Part shown: piece after piece, positions 43,010-54,003 of the stretch
Position numbering within the stretch: the first letter of the stretch is position 1
Layout of the letters: the number at the start of each line of letters is the position of its first letter
Origin: an uncultured Nitrospiraceae bacterium
GTDB taxonomy: Bacteria > Nitrospirota > Thermodesulfovibrionia > Thermodesulfovibrionales > Dissulfurispiraceae
Reading direction: 5' to 3'
NCBI GenBank assembly: GCA_963727805.1
Contig: CAVSHF010000003.1
Coordinates: 704,001 to 768,000, forward strand
Length of the DNA: 64,000 nucleotides
Notes under the pieces: model-generated
What the model saw: only the letters and a program-made list of their open reading frames with translations
Databases searched by the model: none
Told to the model about the DNA's origin: nothing
Program-made: the position numbers and the translations under genes

Positions 43010-45007
43010 CTAGACGTTAGCGCAATAATGATTATAATTATTACGGCCGAGTCGTTTTGCCTGGTACATTGCCATATCGGCGTTTTTCAGCAAGGTCTCT
43101 CCGTCCTCACCATCATCAGGCGACACAGAAATCCCTATGCTCGCGCTAATCGTCAGTTTATGCCCATTGGCGATGATCGGGATTGCCAACTCCTCGATGA
43201 TTCTTTCTGCGACTGCAGCAGCCTCGCTCTGATGCTCGATATCCTGAAGAACGACTACAAACTCATCGCCGCCGAGCCGGGAGAGGGTATCCTTCTTACG
43301 AAGGCATACAGAAATTCTATTGGCTGTCTCCCTTAATACATCGTCACCCACATCGTGACCGTAGCGGTCATTTATCAATTTGAAATGGTCAAGATCCAGG
43401 AACATGATGCCAGCCTTCTTTCTCTGGTCGTCTGCAGAAACAACAGCGAGTCGAATACGATCCTGTAGCAGGATTCGGTTCGGTAATGCTGTGAGAGCGT
43501 CGTAAAATGCCATTCCCCGAATACGTTCTTCCGATTCGACCCGCTCAGTTACATCGCTGATTACTAAAACCGCTCCAGCAGCAGCTTCAGCATGGACGAC
43601 CGGTGTCATTGTGAATTCGAATGTGCCGCGGGGCTTTTCAAGGCTTTGAGACCATTTGAACTTCCCCTGCTCTGCCAAAGACGCAATATCCGGCCATACC
43701 GGCGGAGGGACGTCAGTGCCGAATATCACACAATATCCATATTGGTCTCGAACCTTCTGCAGCGTGGCCCTAAATAAGTCTTCGGCAGCGCGGTTCATCC
43801 GTACTATCCGACTCTCTCTGTCAAGGGTTATAACCGCCTCATGTACCGAGTTGAATGTGCGCTCCCAGTCTCCGGCGGCCTGTTGCAAAGAGCCGAACGT
43901 CTGTTTGAGTTTTGCAGTCAGACCCAAAAAAGATGACGCGAGCATACCGATTTCATCATGAGAATGGATCTTCTTTAGGATATCAAAAGACGAGTCTGCG
44001 ACAGCGTAAGTCCCCTTCGTCTCTGCATCTTCAAGTTCTCTGCTGATCCTAAGCGCAACACTTTCCAAATGATGAAGCGGTCCTGTTACACGGCGTACTG
44101 CCACAGCGCCGATTATGATAACAAGCAGTATTGCAATGCCCGCCATGAAGATGATATGCTCACGTGCCTCCGAAATGGGAGCGTAGGCCTCCTTCTGCGG
44201 TACTTGGACAGCAACGATCCAATCTGTCTTCGGAACCTGTCTAACCGCAAGCAGCATGGGCACACCCTGCGAGTTCACAGCCTCGCCGCCCCCCTGGAAG
44301 CCTCCGAGCGCGGCGTCCATTATCTTGTTTTTCCCCGCCTCAACATAGGTAAGCAACCGGTCGCCCTCTGGGTGCAAGACCAACTGACGAGCCCTGTCAA
44401 ATATGAACAAGTAACCGGAATCCCCGAACTTCTGTTTGCGGTAACCTCCTAAGGCTTCCTCTGACAGAAGATCTGCAGAGCAGGCTACTACAGCTATGAA
44501 CTGCCCGTGCGTATCATGAACCGGAGCAGTGAATGTAAGCACCGGCAGTCCCGTCCGCGCGGACTTGTAAGGCTTTCCGAGGATACCATTTTTCTCCCGA
44601 ATGGTCCGCTGGTAATATTCCCTGTATGCGAACGTTTGCCCCTTCAATTCTGGATGGGAAGGATAATCCCCTAAAAATCTCCCTTCGCTGTCGAGTATGA
44701 ATATTCCGTTCTTGAATTTGGGGAATGTCTCGAACATTTTTTTTAAATGCGATTCCACCTCGTTCATGTCGCCTCTGAGTAGGGCTTCCTCAGGCAGTGT
44801 AACAGCGACGGCGCGAGCGTCCAAGAGGCCTTCGTCAACAAATGCTTCGATTCCGTGGGCAGCAAGCTTTGCCTGGCCGTCAATGCCCTTGAAAATGGTT
44901 TGCTTGAGAGACACTTCCTGGTAATGCACCAAAAAGCGTCCTGAAATTATAAGCACGGTGCTAACAATTATCGCAAGCAGTAAAATTGTCTTCGTGCCTA
45001 GATTCAT
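43010..45007 (-). CDS. dCache-HAMP-PAS diguanylate cyclase
   Basis: TM-Cache-TM, DEIG, PAS, GGDEF with RxxD (RKKD). Confidence 0.9.
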   Translation of the reverse strand: MNLGTKTILLLAIIVSTVLIISGRFLVHYQEVSLKQTIFKGIDGQAKLAAHGIEAFVDEGLLDARAVAVTLPEEALLRGDMNEVESHLKKMFETFPKFKNGIFILDSEGRFLGDYPSHPELKGQTFAYREYYQRTIREKNGILGKPYKSARTGLPVLTFTAPVHDTHGQFIAVVACSADLLSEEALGGYRKQKFGDSGYLFIFDRARQLVLHPEGDRLLTYVEAGKNKIMDAALGGFQGGGEAVNSQGVPMLLAVRQVPKTDWIVAVQVPQKEAYAPISEAREHIIFMAGIAILLVIIIGAVAVRRVTGPLHHLESVALRISRELEDAETKGTYAVADSSFDILKKIHSHDEIGMLASSFLGLTAKLKQTFGSLQQAAGDWERTFNSVHEAVITLDRESRIVRMNRAAEDLFRATLQKVRDQYGYCVIFGTDVPPPVWPDIASLAEQGKFKWSQSLEKPRGTFEFTMTPVVHAEAAAGAVLVISDVTERVESEERIRGMAFYDALTALPNRILLQDRIRLAVVSADDQRKKAGIMFLDLDHFKLINDRYGHDVGDDVLRETANRISVCLRKKDTLSRLGGDEFVVVLQDIEHQSEAAAVAERIIEELAIPIIANGHKLTISASIGISVSPDDGEDGETLLKNADMAMYQAKRLGRNNYNHYCANV

Positions 45008-45403
45008 GATTTACTCCCCGCTTTATTGCATTCCATCTGACATCTCACTTTTTTTAGGCAAAGATAGCTGTCATTTAAAGATGAGAAATGCTCTGGCAGC
45101 ATCAATGTTGATCGCGCATCTACGATGTCTCAATACACAAATTATAAGTGAATTAGATTTCATAATCATAGTGTAAAGAGCCTAATAAGTCAGTAATCTA
45201 TAGCCTTGGTGATAACGATCACAAAAAGTGCGAGGATAACGTCAAATATCTCGTCAGCAATTTTTCGCGAAAGTCCCGTCATCTTCCTGAAAGATCCATA
45301 CTCAATATATGGTAAAATATTGCAGCTTGTTACAGATAATCCTAGAGCGAGGCAACCGTTTCTCAATATGATATTGAAAAACCTGACTCCGCATTTGTGT
45401 TCG

Positions 45404-45895
45404 ATGCTTGAGTGGGAATTGACCTTTAAAAAGATTTTAATCTTGACCTCCATAGCTTGCATTCTCCTCATGCACGCTTCGGCGGTTCATGCTGCCTGCG
45501 GGAACGATATTCTCGGGCTTTGGAACAATGAAGAAAAAGATGCTCAGATAGAAATCTTCCGGTGCGAAGGCAAGTACTGCGGCAAGATCGTCTGGATCGA
45601 TAAACCGCTCTATTCAGCTGATGAGGGCCAGGCGAGAACGGGCCTGCCGAGAAGAGATGACAACAACCCGAATCCGAACCTCAGGTCTCGTCCCATCATC
45701 GGTCTTCAAATCATGACAGCCTTCGAATTCACAGGGGATTTCATTTGGGGCGGAGGAAAGGTCTATGACCCGAACAGTGGCAAGACTTATAGCGGGAAAA
45801 TGACTCTCGTATCCAGCGACCGCCTGTTACTGAGAGGATACGTGCTCTTTTCGCTGTTCGGAAGGACCTCCACCTGGACCCGCGTTCGCCCCTGA
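45404..45895 (+). CDS. DUF2147-family exported protein (start uncertain)
   Basis: GLW...YCGKIVW...DDNNPNP.LRSRPIIG...YDPNSGKTY...RGY...GRTSTWTR. Confidence 0.85.
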   Translation: MLEWELTFKKILILTSIACILLMHASAVHAACGNDILGLWNNEEKDAQIEIFRCEGKYCGKIVWIDKPLYSADEGQARTGLPRRDDNNPNPNLRSRPIIGLQIMTAFEFTGDFIWGGGKVYDPNSGKTYSGKMTLVSSDRLLLRGYVLFSLFGRTSTWTRVRP

Positions 45896-46042
45896 TTTAT
45901 GCCAACTCGTTTATCTGTATAGGCATTACATTACATACTTCATTTTTCCGGGAAAGTCAACCACAGTGCTAAGCGAAACACAATCGCACGTAAGTGTTTA
46001 TTAGGGTTGTGGGCAGCATGAGAATTGATTCTTCAGTCGTTG

Positions 46043-46441
46043 TTATTTCCATTTTCTTATTTTTATGTTGTCTGCTGATTGCACGCAAACAAGCCGCATG
46101 ACACCAGGCTTGTCATTGGTAAAAGGGCAAACTATAAAATCTGCATACATTACAGTTTCCCAACTGAGCTTATGCACCAACTCATCCGGTATATTTCCGT
46201 AATCATCTAGATAAAACCTGCCTTCAGATATGCCGAGTATGCGTTTTGTGCCAACCGGCCATATTCTTGTGCTCGGAGTGCCGTTAGAAAAAAACATCCT
46301 TCCTCTCACTTTGAAACAAGGGCCAGAAAGCATTGGGTGTTCTTTACATGTTTTTTTCTGTAATATTTCCTCACCGTGACTTATACCAACAGCACCAATC
46401 AGAATGAACAAAACTATGCCAATGCAGTGTATTGTCTTCAT
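46043..46441 (-). CDS. Exported hypothetical protein
   Basis: Signal-like N-terminus, Cys pairs, NGTPSTRIWPVGTKRILG. Confidence 0.7.
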   Translation of the reverse strand: MKTIHCIGIVLFILIGAVGISHGEEILQKKTCKEHPMLSGPCFKVRGRMFFSNGTPSTRIWPVGTKRILGISEGRFYLDDYGNIPDELVHKLSWETVMYADFIVCPFTNDKPGVMRLVCVQSADNIKIRKWK

Positions 46442-46735
46442 TTCATATTTGTTTCATGAGTCCGATGCTAGAACCATAAAGCGAAGTCAAACAGAATTCG
46501 AACGAGTGATTCGTTATGCACGGCTTTTGACCTCATTTCTTAAATACTTTAGTGATTTTTTTAAACTGCCACCAATATGGGGACTAAAAATAAAATGAGC
46601 ATCGGATTTAATGCTGGGGCAACACATTGCATCACCCGGACCGTATTCCAATGCAGGTCCCACAAGAGCAATATTGCCTTTTAATTGTTCAGTTCTCGCA
46701 TTCTTAAACGCAACGCCTTGCTGCGAAACTATATC

Positions 46736-47410
46736 TCAATCCTGATATGGTCTTCTATCGAGCCTTTCACTGCATCCCGATTTTTTCGCCTTCCAAACCC
46801 AGCCGATATTGCCGATCAGAAGATAAACCCACCTCGGTATGATGGGCTTTGCCATGAGCGTAATGGCCCGTTGCGGCAGATGCTCACCCTTGGCCAGGGC
46901 CTCTGCTGCAAGATCGAGAGACTTCTTCACATTTCGCACTAGCCCTCCTGCTTCCTCCAAAGGGCGTCCACCGATGGATTCGCCGCCTCCGAGGGCAAGC
47001 CCACCCGCCCATTCAAACCCACACTCTAGGGCAAATCGCCTGCTTATCGCGAGCGATAGATCATTGTGCGAGGATTCGGGGAAACCAGAATTCGAAATTG
47101 CAACCATCATGTGCTTCTTTATCTGGTGTTTGTCCTTCAGTTCCTCACGTGTCAATTCCATCGCCGCTATTACGCCGGAATGATGGCTATCGGCATAAAG
47201 CGGAGAGGCGAGTATTATGATATCCGCTTCCTCTATGTCTCGGAGCAGGGTATCGATGCCTAGTCCCGAAACCAACGACTGCTGAATGAAAACTTTGTTT
47301 ACGCTCACGCCCTTTTCTTTTAGCCTCTCAAGAAGATATGTTCCAAGGGCATCTGAAGTGCTCTTTGGTCCTCTGGGGCTTCCAATGAGTAAAGTGGCAC
47401 GCACGCTCAT
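46736..47410 (-). CDS. Flavodoxin-like/NAD(P)H-dependent FMN oxidoreductase
   Basis: IGSPRG.KSTS, ASPLYAD, NSGFPE. Confidence 0.8.
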   Translation of the reverse strand: MSVRATLLIGSPRGPKSTSDALGTYLLERLKEKGVSVNKVFIQQSLVSGLGIDTLLRDIEEADIIILASPLYADSHHSGVIAAMELTREELKDKHQIKKHMMVAISNSGFPESSHNDLSLAISRRFALECGFEWAGGLALGGGESIGGRPLEEAGGLVRNVKKSLDLAAEALAKGEHLPQRAITLMAKPIIPRWVYLLIGNIGWVWKAKKSGCSERLDRRPYQD

Positions 47411-47985
47411 TTCTTCATGTTCCTCAAAATAGATCGCAGTCCTTCTCCTATCTGCTCCCGGTTCTCAGAACGGTAATAAACGACAGATTGCGCGGCAGGA
47501 CAGTGAAGATTTATAGCATTCCTTTCCACAAGCTTCCTAAATATTCGCTCGCTCTCCTCTTCAGGACTAGGCAGGATTCCTATGCCTATAAGGCGTGGCA
47601 AAGGCTTATAGCGCGCCTTGTGATGAACCTCGCCCTCTATTTTGGTGAAAAAAGGCAGAAGCATCGGGCAGGAAAACCTGTCCACAGCCTTCTTGAGTTC
47701 AGATGAATATCCACCAAATGTAATGGGTGTGAGGTAAATCATCAAATCGCATTGGATGGCCTTTCTTCCTAACTCTCTCCCGAAATCATCTATTACGCAA
47801 ATACCCGGAGTCTTTGTCCAACAGCCAAAGCATCCTGTGCATCGAGCGATCTTTTTCTCCCGAAGTAAGACAGTCTCAACTGGCCAGCCATCAAGAGACA
47901 GCGCATGAACGATTGTTTCATGCACAAAACCTGTGACATTTTCGCCTTTTCTCTCCCCATTTAAGATGAGAGTTTTCATTGCCAC
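47407..47985 (-). CDS. Iron-sulfur flavoprotein/flavodoxin-family protein
   Basis: CTGCFGCW.KTPG.CVIDD, TPITFGGYS. Confidence 0.8.
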   Translation of the reverse strand: MAMKTLILNGERKGENVTGFVHETIVHALSLDGWPVETVLLREKKIARCTGCFGCWTKTPGICVIDDFGRELGRKAIQCDLMIYLTPITFGGYSSELKKAVDRFSCPMLLPFFTKIEGEVHHKARYKPLPRLIGIGILPSPEEESERIFRKLVERNAINLHCPAAQSVVYYRSENREQIGEGLRSILRNMKK

Positions 47986-48104
47986 TGGACTTCCCCCTCA
48001 ACAAATAGATCAAAAAAATTATTCATTTTACTACACCCTGATGAATATTTATATTAAAACTCAAGATTCTTGACGAAATATTCGGCATATTGGAAGGCAC
48101 TAGT

Positions 48105-48737
48105 CTAATCCCCGGCCATGATGATACAAGACATCAGGGCAGAAGCCCAGATAGTATCCGAACGCGAAAGCTGAAATTCGCACGTCGAATCGAAGAACAG
48201 GTGCACTTTTGCAGGGAACTCCGCATCTTCCATCCATAAAACCATCGTGATTGGGACGCGCGGCAGTGGGTAGATCCTGATACAGGCATCGCCGAAGTCT
48301 GTGACAACCTCAGCTCCCAAGAATTCGGCTTGTGAGAGGAAGCCCTCTTTGTCGCGGGCATAGCGACAGGCGATGGCATCGAGCGGAAGCACATGGGTAC
48401 CAGCCGAGAATCGGTGTCCCCCTTTGACGTCTACCGGCCTAATCAACCTTCCTGTCGTGGGGATGTCCAGTGCGCTCGCCATATAACAGAGCACAGTAAG
48501 TCTGAAGAATGTCTCTAGTTTGTCGAGAAATATCCGTCCCCGTATGTCCGAACACGCGATCTTCATCTCACAGGGTTCGACGTAAAAATCTGTCCCAAAG
48601 CACCGTAGTACATAAGCCCCGATCTTTTCATCATAGGTCGCGACCGTTCTTTTGCATACATCTTCGCGAGAAAGAGCGCATACTTCCTGCCATGCCTTAG
48701 CTTCACCGGATTCGATCTTGATCGGCACTATTTCCAT
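48105..48737 (-). CDS. DUF3786-family protein
   Basis: PLPRVPITMVLW.EDAEFPAK..LFFD. Confidence 0.75.
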   Translation of the reverse strand: MEIVPIKIESGEAKAWQEVCALSREDVCKRTVATYDEKIGAYVLRCFGTDFYVEPCEMKIACSDIRGRIFLDKLETFFRLTVLCYMASALDIPTTGRLIRPVDVKGGHRFSAGTHVLPLDAIACRYARDKEGFLSQAEFLGAEVVTDFGDACIRIYPLPRVPITMVLWMEDAEFPAKVHLFFDSTCEFQLSRSDTIWASALMSCIIMAGD

Positions 48738-48938
48738 AGATGTTTATTTTAGCCATTTTGCAAATTAAATTTCCATTTGACGCAGAGTCGATTTCATAAT
48801 TGTAAAGCACCCTATATTTATCGCTGAGTGTAAATTTCGGCATGAAACCTCTTGACCAAACCTGCAATTTCCCCTAAAATCACACAGAAAGACGCATGTG
48901 ACATAATAAAATAGTATTAGGCAACCATGGAGTTCATC

Positions 48939-49712
48939 ATGCAATATGCGGCAGAAAGTCATAATAAAATGATCATTGCCCAGTTTTCACTGCAGGCTGT
49001 CCCATTTGCTGAACTACCGGGGCATTCGCAGTCTATTCAGATGCTAATCGGAATGTCGGGTGTATCATGTGCAGATAATGTCCTCGACGTTGCCTGTGGT
49101 CCTGGGCTTGTTGCATGTGAGTTTGCCTTACACGCCAAGCATGTCACAGGCATCGACATTACGTCGCAAATGATAAAACTAGCCAAAGAACGACACAAAG
49201 ACAAAGGCCTAACCAATCTCACATGGCAGGTCGGAGATGTTCTACCACTGCCGTTTCCAGATTCGCAATTCTCCATCGTGCTAACGCGTTACACGTTTCA
49301 CCATTTCCTCAACCCGAAGGGCGTCCTGAGTGAAATGATTCGTGTGTGCAAACCCGGCGGTAAGGTTATCATTACCGATGTCGTGCAGACAGCAGAAAAG
49401 GCTGGCGCATATGATCGGTTGGAAAAACTCCGCGATCCCTCTCATGTTCATGTGCTGACATTCCCTGAGATGGCCTCAATGGTTGCCGCTTCTGGCCTCA
49501 TCAATGTCAAGACCGCACAGTACAAGGTCGAGGGGGAACTCGAACAGCAATTGAAGGCATCGTTTCCTAATCCAGGAGGCGCGGAACAAATACGCGAGAT
49601 GTTCAAAGACGATCTTGAGCTTGATCAAATGGGAATTGACGTTCATCTTCATGGCAACGAAATTCATTTTGCCGTGCCGATCCTTGTCGTTGTGGGTGAC
49701 AAGGTCGCCTGA
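48939..49712 (+). CDS. Class I SAM-dependent methyltransferase
   Basis: VLDVACGPG, LPFPD, RVCKPGG, LRDPSH. Confidence 0.9.
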   Translation: MQYAAESHNKMIIAQFSLQAVPFAELPGHSQSIQMLIGMSGVSCADNVLDVACGPGLVACEFALHAKHVTGIDITSQMIKLAKERHKDKGLTNLTWQVGDVLPLPFPDSQFSIVLTRYTFHHFLNPKGVLSEMIRVCKPGGKVIITDVVQTAEKAGAYDRLEKLRDPSHVHVLTFPEMASMVAASGLINVKTAQYKVEGELEQQLKASFPNPGGAEQIREMFKDDLELDQMGIDVHLHGNEIHFAVPILVVVGDKVA

Positions 49713-49857
49713 CATTTCGTTAGAGAGGGGCGCTCGGCAAGTGGTTTGGCTTGCTCGCTCCGCAAGTAATATTTTAAATGATAACGTCGATCGGATAACA
49801 TTCCATTTGTGATGCAATACAGATCTATAATAACTTGTTGGACATCAGGAGATAAGC

Positions 49858-50448
49858 ATGACTGAAACACTGCTGCAACTATTAGCCAAACTCGAACGAT
49901 TTGGCAAAGATAACGACAGTACGATCGCTGAACGTCCTCGACGCATGCTGAACATCACGCGCGAGACTGGTGAGTTCCTTTCAGTTCTAGTCCGCGCTAC
50001 GAACGCTGAGCGCGTGTTGGAAATTGGAACCTCAAACGGTTACTCGACTATCTGGCTCGCTGATGCCGCACATGCCATATCTGGCAATGTATGCACGGTT
50101 GAACTCTCTGAATTGAAGATTGCCTTGGCTACTAAAAACTTCGCATGCTCCGGGCTTTCGTCCGTCATCACGCAGGTTCATGACGACGCAGGTCGCGTAC
50201 TTGCCGGTACAGAAAGTGAGGCATTTGATCTGATCTTTCTCGATTCTGAGCGACTGGAATATGAAGGCTGGTGGCCTGATATCAAGCGAGTGCTTCGGCG
50301 GGGAGCTCTTCTTGTTGTGGATAATGCCATCTCCCACCTCGACGAAATGGAGCCGCTCGTCACGCTTGTCAAAGCGGATCCCGAATTCACGACCTGTCTG
50401 GTGCCGGTTGGGAACGGTGAGTTCCTCGCAACACGGTCCGCTAAGTAG
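49858..50448 (+). CDS. O-methyltransferase (YrrM-like)
   Basis: VLEIGTSNGYST, FDLIFLD, VVDN. Confidence 0.9.
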   Translation: MTETLLQLLAKLERFGKDNDSTIAERPRRMLNITRETGEFLSVLVRATNAERVLEIGTSNGYSTIWLADAAHAISGNVCTVELSELKIALATKNFACSGLSSVITQVHDDAGRVLAGTESEAFDLIFLDSERLEYEGWWPDIKRVLRRGALLVVDNAISHLDEMEPLVTLVKADPEFTTCLVPVGNGEFLATRSAK

Positions 50449-50873
50449 CCATAACGCCCAACTTCTCAATTAATCCTGCCGCCTGCAGGCTACGCTTTTA
50501 GGTTCCCTCCGGTGAATCCGCATTTTTATCTCGTTTCATATGTGTAGGATTAAAGGAGTAAATCTGCTACCTCTTGTAACCAGAATCAACCTGAGGTAGT
50601 TAATATTAATAGCTGCGATATAATTCAGAAATCATATGTACATAAAGATAACGACTAAAGGGCGAAAAGCCGGATACGCTATGCCTCCCATGAAAATCCT
50701 CAACCCGTGTAAGGAAAACGATATTACTACCATGGCATGGTTGGCTCTTCTTAAGTTACGCGGTTTTGCGGAAATCGGCTTCGACTAAAAGACAGACAGC
50801 ACACTGTAAAACCCCGTCATTTATGACGGATCTTTATGCCGCCTTTAGATTATTAAGTCCACTAGCGTCCTTA

Positions 50874-51068
50874 TTAACGAATTACTATTTGTTTGTCCGC
50901 CAGCCCCCCATGAGGATTGCAGATTGGGCAGGCTTTGCGCACCGGAACACGTCCACTTTGACATTTGTAACATCTCAGCGGCCCTATAAAAGTCGTACCA
51001 TCACAGCATGCACACCTCTCAGTACCGTCGTACCATAAGGTATTCTTGCAGATCTTGCATTTAGTCAT
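50874..51068 (-). CDS. Small Cys-rich zinc-finger-like protein
   Basis: Four CxxC motifs in about 64 aa. Confidence 0.55.
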   Translation of the reverse strand: MTKCKICKNTLWYDGTERCACCDGTTFIGPLRCYKCQSGRVPVRKACPICNPHGGLADKQIVIR

Positions 51069-51236
51069 TAACACCACCTATAGATTCCCACTGGATGTTT
51101 ACGTATTTCGAGCATATGACAATTGCCGGAATGAGAGCTGTTTTATCTCTGCAAACGAGCGGATCAGCTCATTTATATGGTCTGACCCGCTCATAAAAAG
51201 CAACTCATTTCACTAACGTACTTGTCATCTCATGAA

Positions 51237-51581
51237 TTATTTGCCTACATTTGCAGTCTTATCATTGTGTTTCTTTTTGTATATGTTTTTACTCGCCCTA
51301 TTCTGTTGTCTCGTGAGCTTTGCCTTGTCTTTTGCTGTGAGGTTGCCATTGTCCCTTGCTGCCATGCGATCTTCCCTCTGCTTGATTCTGGCCTGTTGCG
51401 CTTCGAGTTTGCCTGTTTCCTTCGGTGTCAACTGGCCACTCTGGACACCTTGGTTTATCCTGTTTTGCTGATTAATCTCTCTCTGATCAATACCCGGGTC
51501 GTTATTTGCAGCAAAAGCTGGTGCGATTGCAAACATACATGCGATACTTCCCGTGAGAACCATGCTGATAAGTTTTTTCAT
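51237..51581 (-). CDS. Small exported helical repeat protein
   Basis: AAGGAG RBS, signal peptide, two repeats (GQLTPKE / GNLTAKD). Confidence 0.8.
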   Translation of the reverse strand: MKKLISMVLTGSIACMFAIAPAFAANNDPGIDQREINQQNRINQGVQSGQLTPKETGKLEAQQARIKQREDRMAARDNGNLTAKDKAKLTRQQNRASKNIYKKKHNDKTANVGK

Positions 51582-51853
51582 AACCACTCCTTAATCCTAA
51601 TTAGATTTCTTGAGGTAATACCTCACTGATGATCTGACTCAACGTTATCAAATCATTATGAACTGGTCATGAAGAAAATATGAAAGATTGTGAACAGGAA
51701 GGTTAGGACTGGGAATATTTGCGATTATCTTCTTGATGAAACAACAAACCACTCAGCGGTGATTCGCCCATCCTAAGCAATCAACACCCAACTGGGAATA
51801 CTCCTCTACGTGCTCTATACGATCAGCGAGTTTGCCTCGTGCGCTCATGCCAG

Positions 51854-53143
51854 TCAAATCTTCCAGTTTTCTCTGATTTCAACTGTTTTTTCCAGATAAT
51901 CCCCGATCCATTCCCTTATTGCAGGGGCCAGGTAAAAAGCAGGGTGTAGTAGATCGTCGGCTTTTTCTATCATGCCCTCGTTTCTGGCAATGATTTCTAA
52001 TGGTGTACCAGGATATATTCTGATCCCAGCCTTTAGAGACACTAGGTCGGGAGCAAGCTCTTCTACAAACTTCACGCTCTGCATTACAGTCTCCCGTGTC
52101 TCTCCTGGACCTCCCAGCAGCAAGAAACATCCATACCTGATCCTATTTTTTCTTGCGAGTTTCGCTGCTTTTCTTACATTATCCAGCGTAAAACCTTTCC
52201 TTAGGTTCTTCAGAATAAGTTCGTGACCAGATTCATTTCCGAGACTTATGAACCTGCACCCAGCTTCTGCCATAAGAGCAAATAGTTCCTCGTCGATAAA
52301 TGCAGGATTCAATATAGCCTGCCAGCTTATTTTCAAGTTCTGTGCAATGATCTCCCCGCATAATTTCTTTGCTTGTGAAAGAGGGAAATTGAAAACGTTA
52401 TCAACTATATAAAAGCGTTGGATCTGGTTTTCTTTGTTCAATAGTGCCATTTCATTGACCACTTGGTGTACATGTCGCGAGCGGCATTTTTTACCTTCTA
52501 GTAATGGGGTTGAGCAGTAAATGCATTTCATGTGACAGCCGCGTTTACTCTGTATGGTTACGCAACCAGGCATATCACCCTTGGCTTCGTGATAAGCGCG
52601 CACATCAAAGTCGGTATATCGAGGCGATATCCATTTATCATCAGAAACGTACTGTGGATTGTTCACGATAAATTGGCCATCTTTTTTCCAAACTGCTCCA
52701 GCAACCTCCTCTATCTTGCCACCTATTATTGCTTCAAGAAGTAAAGGTAAGGCTTCTTCTCCCTCTCCATAGATGCCATAGTCCGCATCGAGGAATCGAA
52801 GACAGCCGGAGGGATGTATGTTGAATCCCGAACCGCCCAATATGATTGGCGCATTACTGTTTCTGCGAATAGCTGCGACTATTTCCAGATGATTTTCGAG
52901 GAAAAAGATCGGTCTGTGCATGTCCTGATTGTCAATGTTGCGGATGGATAATCCGATGGCTTCAGGGCGAAAGTCCTTTAAGGTAGTACGAAGCTTATCA
53001 TCCCAATCATCGAGAAACATGAAGTCGAGTATCTGTACTTCATGGCCCTCACGCCTCAATGCGCTCGAAACATAGGCAAGACCAAGTGGAAACGGAGATA
53101 TATGGGTAGTAGTCCTGTTTTCTGATATGAGAAGAACTTTCAT
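51854..53143 (-). CDS. B12-binding radical SAM protein
   Basis: PLGLAY, SIRNIDN, GCHMKCIYC (CX3CX2C), GGPGET. Confidence 0.9.
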   Translation of the reverse strand: MKVLLISENRTTTHISPFPLGLAYVSSALRREGHEVQILDFMFLDDWDDKLRTTLKDFRPEAIGLSIRNIDNQDMHRPIFFLENHLEIVAAIRRNSNAPIILGGSGFNIHPSGCLRFLDADYGIYGEGEEALPLLLEAIIGGKIEEVAGAVWKKDGQFIVNNPQYVSDDKWISPRYTDFDVRAYHEAKGDMPGCVTIQSKRGCHMKCIYCSTPLLEGKKCRSRHVHQVVNEMALLNKENQIQRFYIVDNVFNFPLSQAKKLCGEIIAQNLKISWQAILNPAFIDEELFALMAEAGCRFISLGNESGHELILKNLRKGFTLDNVRKAAKLARKNRIRYGCFLLLGGPGETRETVMQSVKFVEELAPDLVSLKAGIRIYPGTPLEIIARNEGMIEKADDLLHPAFYLAPAIREWIGDYLEKTVEIRENWKI

Positions 53144-53219
53144 GTCATGTTAGACGGCGGTTGAAAATATAACCAACATGCGCCATCCCCATTCTGATAT
53201 TGTGCAATGCATAGACCTT

Positions 53220-53657
53220 TCATTTCTCCATAACTAATGTAACGGGTCCATCGTTGATAAGCTCCACTTGCATCATGGCTCCAAAGACACCTGTTTGCAC
53301 GTTTGGAATATGTTTACGGAGCTGTTTCACAAAACGTTCATATAGCTCTTTTCCTTTTGCCAGAGGGGCTGCGTCCGCATAGCTCGGCCGACGCCCTTTG
53401 CGGCAGTCGCCAAGCAGCGTGAACTGTGAGACTACAAGCGCTTCCCCGTGGACTTCACGAAGTGAGAGGTTCATCTTACCTTGATCATCGGCAAATACAC
53501 GGATTTCAGCGCATTTGGCAGCGAGCAAATCGATAGCTTCGGGTGTGTCGTCTTTGTGAATCCCCACAAGGAGAAGTAATCCCTGCCCCACACAGCCAAC
53601 TTCCTGGTTGTCAATAACGACACGAGCTCGCGTTACTCGTTGCAACATGACCTTCAT
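53220..53657 (-). CDS. dtd: D-aminoacyl-tRNA deacylase
   Basis: QRV, VSQFTL, KGRRPS, NDGPVT. Confidence 0.95.
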   Translation of the reverse strand: MKVMLQRVTRARVVIDNQEVGCVGQGLLLLVGIHKDDTPEAIDLLAAKCAEIRVFADDQGKMNLSLREVHGEALVVSQFTLLGDCRKGRRPSYADAAPLAKGKELYERFVKQLRKHIPNVQTGVFGAMMQVELINDGPVTLVMEK

Positions 53658-54003
53658 AAGTGAAGAGGCCTAAGAACGATCATGATGTAAACATGTGTGA
53701 CCGCTGCAGGTGCATGTTTTGTGCTTAGCTCAACTACCATTCTGATATCTCAGTTCCTCCTCTGCCAACATTATATATGTCTACCAGTAATTGATAGTTT
53801 TAATCAATGCAATAATATACTCTTAAAGGTGACTTCTGTCTGTCAGCATTACACGCGTCATCGAATTACTTTCTAAATTCCGCAGATACTAATCATCTCT
53901 TTCAGTGTATGTAGTCATTACACTCTTGATTCTATCGGCTCATAAGGGGAATACAAATCGAGGCATTCCGTGTGTTACACTAGCCCCGAAGGAGGTATCG
54001 CCC

